Assembly: GCF_009834535.1 (NCBI RefSeq)
Contig: NC_045697.1
Coordinates: forward strand, 5,892,001-5,956,000
DNA: 64,000 nt
Source of the DNA: Camelus ferus
Lineage: Eukaryota
Direction of reading: 5' to 3'
Part shown: one piece after another, positions 48,985 to 63,268 of the stretch
Layout: each line of letters starts with the position of its first letter
How positions within the stretch are numbered: the stretch's first letter is position 1
Program-made: the position numbers and the translations under genes
Notes under the pieces: generated by a model
The model's database searches: none
The model's input: the letters and a program-made list of their open reading frames with translations, nothing else
Told to the model about the DNA's origin: nothing

Positions 48985-49428
48985 GGCAGTACCTGGTGTC
49001 CATCAGTGAATGAGTAGATGAACGAAAGTTGGTCCATCCATGCAATGAAGTATTTATTATTCAGCCTTATGTAGGGGAAGGAAATGCTGACTCATGATAC
49101 AGCATGCATGAAACTTGAGGATATTATGCTAAAGTAAATAAGCCAATCATAAAAGGACAAAATTGTAGGCTTCCACTTAGATGAGGTACCTTGAGCTGTC
49201 AAATTCATAGTTACAGAAAGCAGAATGTGGTTACCATGAGCTGGGGGAAGAGGGATACGGGAAGTGAGTGTTTCATGGGGACAGAGTTTCAGGTTGGGAA
49301 GACGCTCTGGGGATGGATGGGGTGACGGCTCTACACCAATGTCAGTGCACTTAATGCCACCCATTGTACACTTAAAAATGGTCACAATGGCAAATTTTAT
49401 CTTACATGTATTTGACCACAATAAAAAA
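48985..49428 (+). mobile_element. L1 (L1MB-like) 3' end
   Basis: 'gtgtccatcagtgaatgagtagatgaac', 'gcatgaaacttgaggatattatgctaa', 'attgtacacttaaaaatggt', ends 'accacaataaaaaaa'. Confidence 0.85.
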
Positions 49429-50528
49429 ATAGACCATTAAATAATCTTTTATATAATGGTTTCATATAATATGTGTTGTTTTTTCCAAGTTGTATAAAGA
49501 GTACATGTTCAATGACACGATTGAAAAATACAGAAAGCCTCAAAAACAAAATGTTTCACATTTCCACCCCGCAAAATTAACTGCTATTAATACTTTACTG
49601 TGTATGATTTCAATATTGTATTTCCACACATGTTTGCTTATATATACACACCTTCACACATTTTTAATCTTTTCTCAAGTAAAGAAGTATCTTATTGTTC
49701 TCACATTCTGGTAATTTTTTTCCCCTCTTACTTAAAATATTGTGAACAGTTCCTGCTGTCTAGATGAGTTTTGTTTTCAAGTGACTTACTCATTTATTCA
49801 TTCAACAAATATTTAATCGGCGTCTATTTTCTGCTTAATGCTTGTCCCCTTCCAAAGTTGAAAAAAACATTACAGTGAATACCTGATAACCACAACCTCA
49901 GTTTACCATTAACATAGTCTTATCCTTGCTTCCTGTATGAACGTATCTATTCATTTATCTATCCCTCGATCTGTCCATTAATCCATCTAATTCTGATGGA
50001 TTTTAAAGTAAATTGCAGACTAAGTAGAGGTCTATCTAAATTCTTCAGCATGCTTATTATTAACTAGAGTTTAATATTTGTTTACAATTTTTCCTTTGAT
50101 AGAAAATTTATATACAATGAAATAAACACACACACACATATGTATAAAGTTTGTATTTCCTGAGTTTTGAAAAACATATACCTGGAACATCATAGTCATC
50201 CCAGAAACTTCCCTCCTGTGCCTTCTAAGACAATCCTTACCCCACGCCCCGGGAAGCAACCCCTGCTTTTTTTTTGCCACTAGGATACGTTTTCCCCCTA
50301 GAATTTCATAGCACTGGAATCATCTAGTAAGGAGATGATTTTAGTCAACATATGTTTTTGAGATTTATCCACATGTCAGAAGCTTGTGCCTTTTTAATGC
50401 TGAGTAGAATTCAATTATGTGAACAGCCAGTTTGTCCATTTTATGTTTATATACAGTTGAGTTATTTTCACTTTTTGGCTCCTATGAAAAAACTGTTATG
50501 AAAATTCTTGGATGTTTTCTCTTGTCTC

Positions 50529-50975
50529 TGTGGTAGTTAATTTGATGTGTCAACTTGACTGGGCCTTGGGTGTCTAGAGATTTGGTCAAACATTATTGTG
50601 GGTGTGTCTGTGGGGGTGTTTCTGGATGAGAGTAACAGTGGACTAAGTAAAACAGATTGCCCTCCTGAGTGTGGGTGGGTCTTGCCCAATCAGTTGAAGA
50701 CCTGAGCAACAAAAGGTCCCAATAAGAGGGACTCCTGGCTGACAGCTGAGCTGAGGCATTGTTCTCTTTTTTTCTTTTTCTTTCTTTCTTTTTTTTTTTT
50801 TTTTTTGCCTTCAGACTCGGGATGAAACACTGGTTCTTCTTTGGTCTCATGCCTGTCTCTAGCTTGTCACCTGCAGATCTTGGGGCTTTTCAACCTCCAT
50901 AATTACATGAAACAATTCCTTATAAAAATGACTTTTAAGAAATATATAGATATATGTATCCTATTGCTCATGTCA
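50529..50975 (+). mobile_element. MLT2 (ERVL) LTR
   Basis: Start 'tgtggtagttaatttgatgtgtcaacttgactgggcc', 'agtaaaacagattgccctcc..a.tgtgggtgggt', 'cctccataattacatga'. Confidence 0.85.
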
Positions 50976-53900
50976 TGTTGGAGGTTAAGATCACAAGAGA
51001 CCATGTCATACCATGCAAGAACATCTGATGCCTCTGTGTGGGAAGGGCAGCGTAGCTGCAACTGCACAGGGCGTAGCCCCAGGCTGATGGACAGATAGAT
51101 TAATTTATTATATTAGTTCACTGACTGACTCATGACAGGAGGCAGTACAGCAGGAGCTGTGCCACTTAGGCTCTGGAGTCAGGTTGCTAGTTTGGAATCC
51201 CTTCTCTCCCACATAATAGCTATGTGACCTTGGGGATAACTTGTGTCTCAGTTTCCCAATCTGTTGAATGGGGATAATTATATCCCATTGCAATGCTATA
51301 AAGATTAGAGGAGATACTTTATATAAAGTACTTAGAACAATACCTGGCACATTGTTAGTACTGAATTAACTTTATATAATGTATTAGTCAGGCTCTATTG
51401 CCATAATGCCACTTAACAAACAATCCTTAAAATCTCAGTGCTAACAACAGTTACTTCTTATATTCAGAGGTAAGCTATGGCTCTACGGGACTCTAATGGG
51501 TTTGACTAGATTCCAGATGGGTCTAAGTCTAGGCTGTAAGTTGGGTTCACATCAGCTTCATTTGGCTCTCAGAGGAGCCAGGAAAGGCATCTGAGCTATC
51601 TGAGGCATGTCTCATTTAATGTCTCTGCTGGATGTGCATTCTCTAAGTTGACTCACATTCCACTGGCCAAAGCCAGGTCACACATCCAGGCTCACCCGCA
51701 GTGGGATGGTGAAGTACATCACTCTCACAGGAGGTGGGGCAAACATCTGCTGAACAATAATACAGTAACATGATCTCCTACAGTATTATTAAATATTTCT
51801 TGAGTGCCTAATAGCTCCCAGGAAATGTTCTTACACAGGGATTCAGAGGTGGATCAGACAGTGACTGCCCTCCAGGGCACTCTCCCCTCTCTGTGGCAAC
51901 TACAAGGACAGGAGTGGACAGGAGGCTACGAGGAAGTCCCTAGGAGAACTTACCTGGCAAGAATGATTTTAGTTCTCATAAGCTCCATACACCAGATATC
52001 ACTATATTCATTTTACATATAAGGAAACTGAGACTCGGACAGGTTAAGTCAGTTCCTTTTTTTCCACAGGTAGAAAGTGGCTGAGCCTGGAACCCAACCC
52101 TGGTGACCGTCCCAAGGCTCTGATCTTTGCCTGACAGCTCCAGACTCAAGTGTGAAGTCAGGGACATTAGGAGTAAGATAGTCTTATGGAGACTCTCAGT
52201 CCTGGCAGGAGTCTGATCCCTGGTCCGCATGCACGCGAGCTCTGGCAGACACATCCGTTAAGCCCAGCCCTTCCCAGCTGGACTAGTGACTTCAACCATT
52301 TGAAGAGCAGACTCTCGTTAACAACTGCCAATCCAGTGAGCTGTCCAGAAGCTGCTTTCTGCTTTGCCTTGGGATGCTAAGCCCTTGCTCAAGCCAAAGG
52401 CGCCCTCCCGGTGTCCTTGGGGGAATATATATATCCCAGGTGATTGCTGCTCACAGAAAGCCCCTGTTCTCCATTTTCATCTGCACAGTCTCCAGAGCTC
52501 CGGCCGGTGCCTGGCATGGAGGAGGGGCTGAATAACAGAGTGTGGAATGAATGAGTGAATGGCTGGATACCCAGAGAGGCTGCAGAGTCCATCGGGAAGA
52601 GAGCAGGTGAGATTTATTTTTGTCCCTATCTGCTCTCTGGTCCTTTGGAGGGATTTTAGCTGGAATGGGTCTGGTGCAAAAAAACACCAGAGTCTCTCAG
52701 GGGTACAGGCACAGAGGGGAGCTTTCCTGGGCATCTCAGCAAACACTGGGACAGAATGCCCTTGTCTTTTCTTTTCTGAGAAGTGACCTCGATGTTCATT
52801 GTGCTCTATCAGCTGACTTTAGCCCTTAACCCAAATACTCCACTGGTGCAGAGCACCTTAGCCCAGACAAATCGTAAGTGGTAACTCCCCGGTCAACTGC
52901 ACGGTCATGGTCCTGTATCCCAACATCCACTACAATCAGGGCCTGCCAGAGAAGCCTAATTTTCCTCGTGGGTTATTTATAACCAAATCACAGTGGGGAT
53001 CATTGTGTAAAGAGAGCTGTTTGCCTCCCCTCCCCCAAGGCCGTCAATCTCTCCGTTTCGTGTAAGGCTTCTGGCTGCAGTGATAAGACTTAATGAACAG
53101 GCTTGTGAATTGGCAAGTGCGAACAGCAAAGGAGTTTCATGACTCTCATCTTTGAGACACAAAGAACCCCAGAGATAAAAGGCCCCTTAGAGGTTTTCTA
53201 GTCGGACTACCCCATGTTACAGAGGAAAAAACTAGAAGATCAAAAAACTTCACTAAGTTATTCAAGTCAGATAGTTAGGAAGAAGGTGGGGGGTTTGGAA
53301 ATCTGAGTCTCCGGTCCTAATTCAGGCTTAGTCACTTATAATGGGTATGCTTTTGAGTTAGTTACCAGTGTTTCTGGGCTTAAGTTTGCTTTTCTGCAAA
53401 GAAGGGAGAGTAATATCTGTTCGGTGATGGTTAGAGACGAATGTATAAGTCGATGGCTTATGGGAGTTGCTCCAGTGATGCTGGAGTAAAAGAGTTTGTG
53501 CCAGAGTGACTGTCCTCTTCCCATCACCGGCACATTGCTTCAACTAGCTTCACGCTGCTGCAGAATAACAGACTTCCATGTTCCCTGCTTCTCAGTGTGA
53601 CTCATTTTGGTTTTTTGTGGACACAGAACAGGCAGCATCATATGGGAGCCCCTGTTCCTCTAGGGACAGAAGATGCTGGCGGGAGGGGTCAAGGACTGAG
53701 GGAAAGGTAGATTCACCCCATGATCTCCAGGACACCCGTGCTTTGGTGGGTTCTCAGTCTTCAGTGAATTGCTCTGCAGAGATGCTTTCTGCGCTCCTTC
53801 CCACAGAAGTCTGCTGCCCCTAAGCTCCCCTGAGTGGCGGCTCCGGTGAACTCTCAAAAGGCAGCCCTCCACAAGCCAAGGAGAGAGTCCTCAAGAAGAA

Positions 53901-55149
53901 ACCAACCCTGCTGATACCTTGATGTTGGGCTTACAGCCTCCAGAACTGTCAGACAACAAACTCCTGCTGTTGGAGCCGCCCAGCACACCTAGAAAACTCT
54001 ACAGTCATGGCACTTTTTGTAGTTGGAGGTCTGTGGGCCTCGTTCTCATGGTGCTACAATAAAAAAACACAGCTCCTCCTCCTGTCACAGACGCAAACAC
54101 TCACACATTCCAAGGAGGAGCTGATGAAAAACAACAACAGAACTAGGGGGCAGTGGGACCTCATTCAGCACCAGTCTGTGTGCCCAACTTAGGGATCACT
54201 GGGAATGCGTCCTCAGATGTGACACAGACAGAGGCTTGGGAGGCACTTGCTAACTGGGGTGTGCCTTCCTGAGCGTGTTCGGGGACAGCCAGCGCCACAC
54301 CTGGGAGAGAAGGGCTCTGAGGGAGGCACGTGCGTGGAGGATGGGAGAGGACTTTCTCCTCTTGGGGCAGTTGTGATGCTCTGCAGCAATGCGTCTCCCC
54401 CAGTGGGTGGGCAGTAAGAGGAGCTCCCTGGTCTGGCCTCACTCAGGTTTCCCAGAGGAGGTCGATCACAGGACCTTTTATGGAGGAGCTCAAACAACTT
54501 CTTCAGGAATCCCTGTAGACACCAGGCTGCAGGAACATGTCACAAAGCCATTTCAGGTATGTGGAGCCAGAGCAGATGAGACTTGCTTAGAGTGTATGAT
54601 GGAAGGAGGGAAGGAGACCTGGACCCTGGGCCTGGCTTGGCGCTGTCTTGCTGTTTGATCTGGAGAACCACTGATCCTCTGTATGTTTCAATCCCTCCAA
54701 TTCTGTCTGTTTATAAGGTGAGATTAATAGTAGTTGGGTTATTTGAGGATTAAATACAAGTTCACGGAAAGTGCTTAGAGTAGGCTGGCACACTCTGTGA
54801 GCTACTGGGATTGCGATGACAGCACGGCGATGACGACGGCGTCCTGGGCTTTGTGTTTGTGATTTTGCTACATCGTCTAGTAATATTGCTGTTGACTGAT
54901 TGAGGCTCTGCCAAGAAATATGCTAAGCACTTTCTATACAGAATCTACTGTAACCTTCAAAACAACCATGAAAATAGGCAACATTCTCCTCATTTTACAG
55001 ATGAGAAAACTAAGGCTCAAAAAATTTCTGCCCCTTTCCCACGACCCCATAGCCAATAAACAGCAAAGTCAGGATCCAGTCCCAGCCTGAGATCTCATTA
55101 TCACTAAAAGAGCAATTCACTGTCCATCAAGAGACACTGGGGAAGTCAT

Positions 55150-55189
55150 TGCCTGCCTGCCTGCCTGCCTGCCTGCCTGCCAGCCTGCC
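55150..55189. repeat. (TGCC)n tetranucleotide repeat
   Basis: Eight perfect TGCC units followed by agcc tgcc. Confidence 0.9.
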
Positions 55190-58100
55190 AGAGACGCTCT
55201 CCATCGCCCTCGGAACCCTCACTCTCATCAGATACTTTTAGTAGCGCTTGTTACTACTTGACATTAAATTACACATCTGCAGTCTGCCTGGCCCACAGGA
55301 CGTCAGTGCGGGGAGGGCAGCGCTCTTGACTCTGCTTTACCTGTGGTGTCCTTAGTGCCCAGAACCCAGCTGACAGCTGGAGCAGGCAGGCTCCCAATAA
55401 ATACTTGTTTGATAAATGAATGAATGATACACTTATTAGACACCTCCTATGTGCTGGTGAATGTTAGATCCTGTGGCTACAATAGTCACCAGCACAGAAT
55501 GCTTCTGGGTTGGGACAAAGCTTTGAAGAAGTTACGATGTAGTGGGCTTAGCCTCACAGTGACCTGGGAGAACGGGCTTTCTCGTCCCTTCATGATACTT
55601 CTCTTGAAAGATGGAAAAATGGCACTTTGCCACCTGGATCCCAGGGCAGGTGAGAGCCACTGAAGAGGATGCACTTGATTCAAAATAGCCTTTTGGGAGA
55701 TGCTTGTAGTGGCCAGAGAAGCATCTGATGGGCTTTTAAGACTCTTAAAAACTGGAAGAGACCAAGTTCATTGATTTCTTCCTGAGCCGCCTTCCCAGGA
55801 CGCACCTTTACCTGATGACGTCCACCTGCCTAGTTTGGGCAGGTGTTTATGTGCAGTCTGGGCTTCAGAGCTGGGGTCTGGGCTCCAAAAAAGTGACCCT
55901 GTTTCATAGAATAATCCCAGCTCTAATTGGCACCCAGCCTTTTGGTGTGTGGACAGAGCGGAGAAATATCATGACTCTGGAAAAAAGGAGGCGGCTCCTT
56001 CACAAGGGACAAGTTCAGGTGAGGTCCTCTCCCCGATGCCTTTGGCCCCTGTAGCCCTCTGGCCTTGGTCACCTGCCACTCCTGCTCTCCTCGGGGCTGC
56101 AGCTGTATTGAAGCGAGAAGGACACACCATGCTGTTTCACATTCCCACGCCTCTGCCGATCCTACTTCCAGAATGCTCGTTCTCCTTTCTCCACCTTACA
56201 GATTCCTGTACTCCTTCAAGGTTTAGCTGAGGTGTCTTCTCCTCCAGGAAGCCATCCCTGACTCCATCACCTTCCCTGCTAATACTGGGTCAGCTGCCCC
56301 ACATTACAGTCCACATCCTGTCCTGACATTTGTCACACGCCCTCCTTGTCTACTCAGCTTTCTCCCCCACTGGACTAGCTCTTCAACAGCAGGCACAGGG
56401 CCCCTTGCTGCCTTGCAATCTGGGCAGAGCGTCTGTGCGTGATGGCTGCCTCCCAAAGACTCCACAAGCTCAAATAACCAGCATTGACCTGGAGGAATCA
56501 TGCTGGCATCGCTGGGGTGCAGGTGCCAGGTTGCCCCAAATCAACCTGAGGTTTGATGGAAGATTTGGCCAGAATCCAACATCAATCACCCAAATCCAAG
56601 GCCAGCTGCCAGCGGCCAGGGCAGTTTCTCTAAGGAGATCTGCAGAAAGGCTGGTCATGTGTGTGTTTCTTGTTATTCTCTAGGCTCTGGGCTGAAATCA
56701 TTACAGCGCACCCTTACCCCGTGAGCGAGGTTGGATGCTGTGGGTCTCTGTGAGCCCCTCAATTAGTCTGCTCCAGGCCTCACTCCTTTCCTCTCCCATC
56801 CCGCTACACCCTGCCCTCTGGCAGCCGGGTCAGCTCCAAGCCATGGTGGATGTCTCTGGGATGTGCCCTGGCTTCGTGGCTCTGTCTTCGGCCAGGAGGA
56901 AGCTGCCCATCAGTGTCTGGGCTGGACTTTTGGGCCTCTGCTCACTCCTCTTCTGGCAGCTCTGCACAGCTTCCCTCTACTGCAGGCCAGATTTTTCTCC
57001 GAAAACCTATTTCCATTTTGATGAGGTTTTTGGCACCCTGGGGCCAGCGCCAGTCCACCCTGGTGTCTTGGCAGTTGGCATATTACACGCTTGTCTTTCA
57101 GGAGCCTTTGATCACATTCAAACTTTACAGCACAGGTTTGGGGCCTTTGGTGGTGCTTTGCCTGTATCAGCCACAGTGGGAGCCGTGCAGCCTTCAGGGC
57201 GACGGGTGGTGCCCTGCTGAGGGACGGGGCTCGGTCAGCTCGAGAGGGGATCACGGCAGCCACTCTGGGGCATGGGGCAGAACTCTTTTGACACCTAAGG
57301 CACTTAATGAGTTGATGGCTGCTGTGGGGATTGTGGTTTTGCACGTGAGGAGACTGAGGCTCAGCAGGGCTATGGGGTCTGGAAGAAAGAGCCTCCAGTC
57401 TGCCCCGGGGGTGGTGGGCTGCCAAGGACAGGTGGCCCTTGAGGTGAGACTTGGAGGAGAGCTAGGAGTTTTTCAGGGTAAAGTAGATGGACAGGCATCC
57501 AAGGCAGAGGGAACAGCATCTGCAAAATCTGAGAGTGGGAAAGGAATGAAGCGGGGGCAGGAACGGCGAGCGGGACTAGAACAGAGCATTCACGGAGGTG
57601 AGCGTGGGGGAAGCAGGCCCAGGCCACAGGGTGAGGCCCCTGTGAGTCACACAACGGGGCAGGAATGAGGATTCACGGAAGTTTTGAGAGGGATGTTACA
57701 GGACACATCTGTGCTTTAGAATGGTCCTGCTGCAGAGGGGACAGTGGTGTGAGAGGGAGCAGTTCTGGAGCTGTTGTAATGATGCAGAAGGGTGATGACC
57801 AGGCTCCAGGTGGCAGGACAGCGTGCAAGGCGGGGAGGAAAGAGAAGCACACTTTCAGCGTCCTCAGGACCCGGATGCTGAGTGCGGGGGGAAGAGAGCT
57901 CAGTCCGCGTGGCTCTCGGGTTGCAGCCTGGGCAGGCGGGCGGATGCCGTGGTTCTCCGAGTCAGGGCGGCTGCAGGAGGAACAGGTGGATACAGAAGGA
58001 AGGGACACGCTGATCTGCAGCACCTGAGGGGTGTCTGGGGGCGCTGTCCGGCAGGTACTTGAACTACATCTGCCGCTGGGAAGGGGTTCTGGCAGGAGAC

Positions 58101-60799
58101 AGTCATCTGTCAGTCCTTGATTGGTTGGGTTGTCGAAACCATGGACATGAGAGATACTGTCCAGGGATGGCATTTGAATGTGAGATGGGATGAAGGCTGA
58201 AGGTGGGCCCTCAGGAAGGGCAGGAAGAGCAGGAGTCAGCAAAGAAAGCTGAGCAGGAACGTTCAGAGAGGAAGGAGGCCCCAGGCACCCCTTGTCGGAC
58301 AATTCACCGGGCTACGAGTCACACTGGGGACCATCAAACCTCCCCGGGTGGGTCAGAGGAAGCAACCTGGAGGGGGAGACCCCCAAATTGAGCCTTGAAG
58401 AGTGACTCTGCACCTGGTGAGGAAGGAGGGACATGGGGAGGACAAAGAGGATGCGCTGAGGACTAACATGTTTCAATAACTGACATTCTGGGGAAAATCT
58501 GGAAGCAGGCTAGTGAAGGGGCAATTCCTTCAGCTCTGGACATCTTTCTAATACACAAGCCTGACCTGGTCATTCTTGGGCTTCAAAGAGCATCCGAAGT
58601 CCCCCCAGAGTCTCCGGCAGATTCCCCTAGTGTCCCGTGGAACTGTTACAGGCGTTCTGTTCCCCCGGCTAGATGTGGTTGGGAAAGGATGGGTTAGACG
58701 AGGTTAAACAGGGGATAACAGAAGGGACTCCCCAAACTCCTGTGGCTATGGAACCCCTCTTTCTTGGGGGCCCCAGGGCCTGGGATTTCATGAAACACAG
58801 TTCAGAAATGCTGGTCTTCTGCACAAAGTACTTATTCCTCCAAATGGCATGTTTGCTTCTTGAGTTTAGAAGCTCACTGCACCTTCATAACCTCCTAGAA
58901 CACGCTGCACTCTCGCCACACCAGCTGCACGCACGCTCCCCACTTGCTGTGTTGTCACACGTTGTTGGGGCCCTTCCCCTTTTGCTGGCAAGGTCCATTC
59001 TCTTATCTGTGGCTCCCTCCAGTGAGAGGCCCCCTCCTCCAGGAAGTCTTCTCTGGTTCTCTAAGTCAGGTTAGGTGCCCTCCCGTAATGCCCCCTCTTG
59101 CCCTTCAAGCCTGTGCTCACCCGTGGTGCTGAAATCGTGCTCCTGCTGCCTTTCTCGTCAGACTTTGCTCCCTTCAGTGACAGGGTTGCATTGGACTTAT
59201 CTTTGTGTTCCCAGGGTTGACCGCATGCTGAGTGCTTCTAATCATAGTTTTTGAGTTAATGGAAAGATGGAGAAAGGCAGAGACAGAGCTTGTGGTGTAA
59301 AATTTCTGCCGGAGCAATCTTTGGCCAGCTGTCTCCAACCTACCAGCAATTCCTTATGTTCCAGAGCCCGTCTGGTATACAAGGCACTTTCTCATATGCT
59401 CTCTCACTTCCTGACATAAATATGGTTTCACATTTAAGAAGAGATTTTGTAATGCTCCTGCCAGTGGCTCATACCCACAAATAAAGATCGCCCACATGAG
59501 GGATGAAGCCAGAAAAGCTGTCCTCTCCCCCCACTTTTTTTAAATTGAGTTATAGTGAGTTTACAATGTTGTGTCAATTTCCAGCGTGGAGCCCTTTTAA
59601 AACACATTTATAAGGTGAACAGCAGTGTGAGCCCTGGAGGAAACACTGTCTCTTGGCTTGGGAGCCTCTCCCTTCGGTCTTATTTGGACTTGGGGTCAAG
59701 GCTGCCCTGCACAGCCCCAGGGGTGCCATTCACACAAAAGAAGGGGCCACAGGATGGCCCTGGCTTGGAAGAGCCCTGGCCGGCACTGCTTCCTTCTTGT
59801 ATTAGACACTGGGCTCTCACTGAAGCCCTGGAGGTGGAAGCATTTATGTTTGGGCCAACTGTTCTTTCTTGGAAGGCCTGTGATGTAACTGAGAAGAAAA
59901 GAGGCCGGGTCTGTGTGCGTCATTTTGAAGATGATTCTAATTTACCCTATTTGGGAAAATCCATTTCGTTTTTCTGATATGATGTGGCATGGTAAAATGA
60001 ACATTAGTCTAGGATTTAGCGTATTTAGGCTCAAATACAACTTCTTTGCTCATCATCTGGGAAATCTTGGGCAGGTGTCCCAGACGTCAGACTAATTTTC
60101 TATCAAATAGTATAGAGTGGTGAGGGCAGGGTGGGTGGGTCAGAAGTCCCTGGGCATCACATCCTGCCTTCCCCAGGCTCAGATGCTGAGGTTTGTGGGA
60201 GCACTGGTGCTGGGCTCAGAGGCTGGGGAGCATCTGGGGGTTGGAGGGATTAAGGTTGGCAGTGGGCAGCCAGATGCCTCTCCCACGCAAACAGAAAACA
60301 CTCTACTGACCACTGGGAAGAGATGGTGCCGAGCAGGGAGGGTCTCCTGTGCGCACTGCGACAGAGAGAAGGGAGCAGAGTGGGCATGGCAGAGGAGGAA
60401 GAATTGGGGGAGGGCTGCAGAGAGGCAGCAGGCAGCAGAGAAAATTCCAAACCACCCTTCAGCCTGGCCTGCAGGGCTCTCCGTGACCTGACCTCTTCCA
60501 ACCTCTGCTGGGATAAATTCTTCAACCTTGGTGGTTAAATGTTGAGACAAATATCTGAACTGGCAGGGCTGTCATGAAGATTAGAGAGAAATCATCCCAG
60601 GCATCCAGCACGGCTCAGTACATTATGGATCCTGCTACTGGTGCCGATGACTTTCCCTGAGCCCGACCTCCCCAGCACTACCATGTCCACCCCACCATGC
60701 CCTTCATCCACGTGATGTGTTGCTAAACCAGTTCTCCCCATCTTAGACTTGTGCATGGTGGCACTCTAGAGGGAACTGTGTCCAGCCTACCCATTTTAA

Positions 60800-60873
60800 T
60801 TTTTAATTTTTTATTGAAGTTTAGTTGATATACAATTTTGTGTTAGTTTCTGGTGTACAGCACAGTGATTCAG

Positions 60874-60919
<46 letters not shown>

Positions 60920-61500
60920 TTTTTCATTATAGGTTATTACAAGATATTGATTGTAGTTCCTTGTATTATGCAATAGAACCTTGTTGTTTATGTATTTTAT
61001 ATATAGTAGTTTGTATCTGCTAATTCCAAACTCCTAATTTAGCCCTCCTCTGCCTTACCCTTTGATAACTATAAGTTTGTTTTCTATGTCTGTGAGTCTC
61101 TTTCTGTTTTGTAAACAAGTTCATTTGTATCAATTTTAAGATTCCACATGTAAGTGATATCATATGAAATTTGTCTTTCTCTGAATGATTTACTTCACTT
61201 ACTGTGATAATCTCTAGGTCCATCCATGTTGCTGACAATGTCATTATTTTATTCTTTTTTATGGCCGAGTAGTATTCCACTGTATTTATACACCACATCT
61301 TCTTTATCCAGTTATCTGTCGATAGACATTTAGGTGGCTTCCATGTCTTGGCTATTGTAAATGGTATTGCTATGAACATTGGGATGCATATATCTTTTTG
61401 AATTAGAGTTTTCTCCAGATATATGCCCATAAGTGGGATTGCTGGATCATATGGTAAGTCTATTTTTAGTTTTTTAAGGAATCTCCACTATTTCTATAGT
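60800..61500 (-). mobile_element. L1 3' end, antisense, with (TA)21 at 60875-60916
   Basis: Minus-strand ORF 61020..61430 (GIYLEKTLIQKDICIPMFIAIPFTIAKTWKPPKCLSTDNWIKKMW...ATWMDLEII) is the L1 ORF2 C-terminus; the polyT and 3' UTR lie at the left end. Confidence 0.92.
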
Positions 61501-62744
61501 CAGCCAACCTATTTTACAGGTGGGCACTAGAGATCCATGAGTAAGTTCGATGCTGTTCTTGTGTTCTCATTCTCTAGCCATCCAATCTGAAGTCATAACC
61601 CAGGCACCTCCTAGCACATCACCATCTTCTAATTATTTGCACTGTATTTATTAACATTTGATTAGTTTTTATGGCCTATGTGTTTATTTTCCATCTCCCT
61701 CTTCTTGAGTGTCAGCTTCATTATAGCTGGAAATTGTTTTTTTACCCTCATATCCCCAGCATCTGGAACACAGCCAGACACATAGTAGGGGGCACAGTAA
61801 GAGTGGTGAGGAGTCATCTTATGGGTGATGGTGGCAAGCTTTGTGACCTTGGACAAGTTGCTTTTCTAAGCCTAATTTTCTTCTGTGCTAAAGTGGGGAC
61901 AATAATACCTGGAGATACAGGCTGAAGTCAGGCATTTCCAAGGAGGCTTCAGGGAGATGCATCAAAGGATAAAATTTTTGCAAACTCACCATGATCTGGC
62001 TTTTAGCCTTAAAGATGAAATCTTCTTGTAGCTGAGAAGTTGAACTGGGGGATGACTCATTCCTACTAGTCTCACAAGAGACTAATATATAAACCAGCCA
62101 TGATAATTTACTAATTTTTGCTGTGAAAAAGAAGATTTTTTGGAAAACCCTGAGCTCAAATTGGTTTCACCAGTTTGCTGGAAGCCAAATTGTAATGAGA
62201 AGCCTACCAGGGCATTGTGGAATGAGAAAAAGGGGCATGAGTTAATTGATATAAATGTTTGTCATTTCTGGCATCTGGCTTTGAGAGCTATGCATTCATT
62301 GCCAGAATCAGGAGCGATTGGACAGGTTGCATCTATAAGTCAGGGCATCCTCGTCTTTGAGGAGACCAGTGGCCTCTCCCTGTTATACTGCAAGCTTTGT
62401 TTTCGGGCTTGCACAGGTGATCATCATCCCCGCGTGATGGACAGAACCTGCCTTGGACTCTGCCAGCCTTAGTTTTGTCTTCTGAACACAATTTCCCATC
62501 TCCTTCTCGTTTTCTTGATTCTCCCTCCTTGATCTTAACTGGTTCTGGGAGAGTTGTCAATTAGACTGGCCCTCTGCCCTGCCCACCACTTTTGGGTTGA
62601 GTGTATGAGCAACTCAACCTGCCCTGGCCACAGTGATTGACTCAGGCACATATATGTGACCTGAATAGGGGAATCAGAATCTTCATGAGGTTGATGCCTG
62701 GATATTGGGGGAAGGGAGACTGAAAAGCTGGCCACGATAACCCC

Positions 62745-63268
62745 TCCCATCCTACACGCTCCTTTGCAATGTGACTTTAGGTACCTATCATTGGGTGGTG
62801 GAGTCTATTTCCCCTCCCTTTGAATCTGGGCTGGTCCCACGACTTGGTGTGATCAGTTGAAGAGATGTTGCCTGAGCTCTGAGCCTCAGCTTCTAGAGGC
62901 TTTGCAGATTCTGTTCTCACTCTGAGAATTCTGCTGCCTTGTGAGCAAGCCAGGCTGGAGCTTCTTTGAGATTGAAACACTCCATGTAGAAAGAGAGAAG
63001 CCCACACCTCCTAGGTTTTCTAGCTCCTCCCAGTTGAGTTCCCAGACATGTGAATCAGGCCATCTGAGACCAACCAGCCTCCTGATGACACTGCCTGACC
63101 ACAGATGACTGATTGGATCCAGAAGATACCATATGGAGCCAAAGAATTGCCCAGCTGAGCCTTGCCTGAACTGCTGACCCACAGAATTGTGAGCAGAAAA
63201 ATGGTTGTTCTTTTAAGCCACAAAGTTTTGGGGGTATCTTTTTCCACAGCAATAGATAACTGATACAC
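62745..63268 (+). mobile_element. MLT1 (ERVL-MaLR) LTR
   Basis: 'ccctttgcaatgtgactt', 'ggtggagtctatttcccctccctttgaatctgggctgg', 'aagaattgcccagctgagcc', ends 'cacagcaatagataactgataca'. Confidence 0.85.

Noticed and set aside
58040..58063. REST/RE1-like site on the minus strand (perfect GGACAGCGCC half)
   Set aside because: The left half and spacing are non-canonical and it lies within L2-like sequence. Other half-sites (TTCAGCACC at ~22505 and ~54164) lack partners.
56735..58302. Cluster of 160-270-aa ORFs on both strands
   Set aside because: They overlap MIR and L2 remnants in GC-rich sequence, with no protein family similarity or convincing exon structure.
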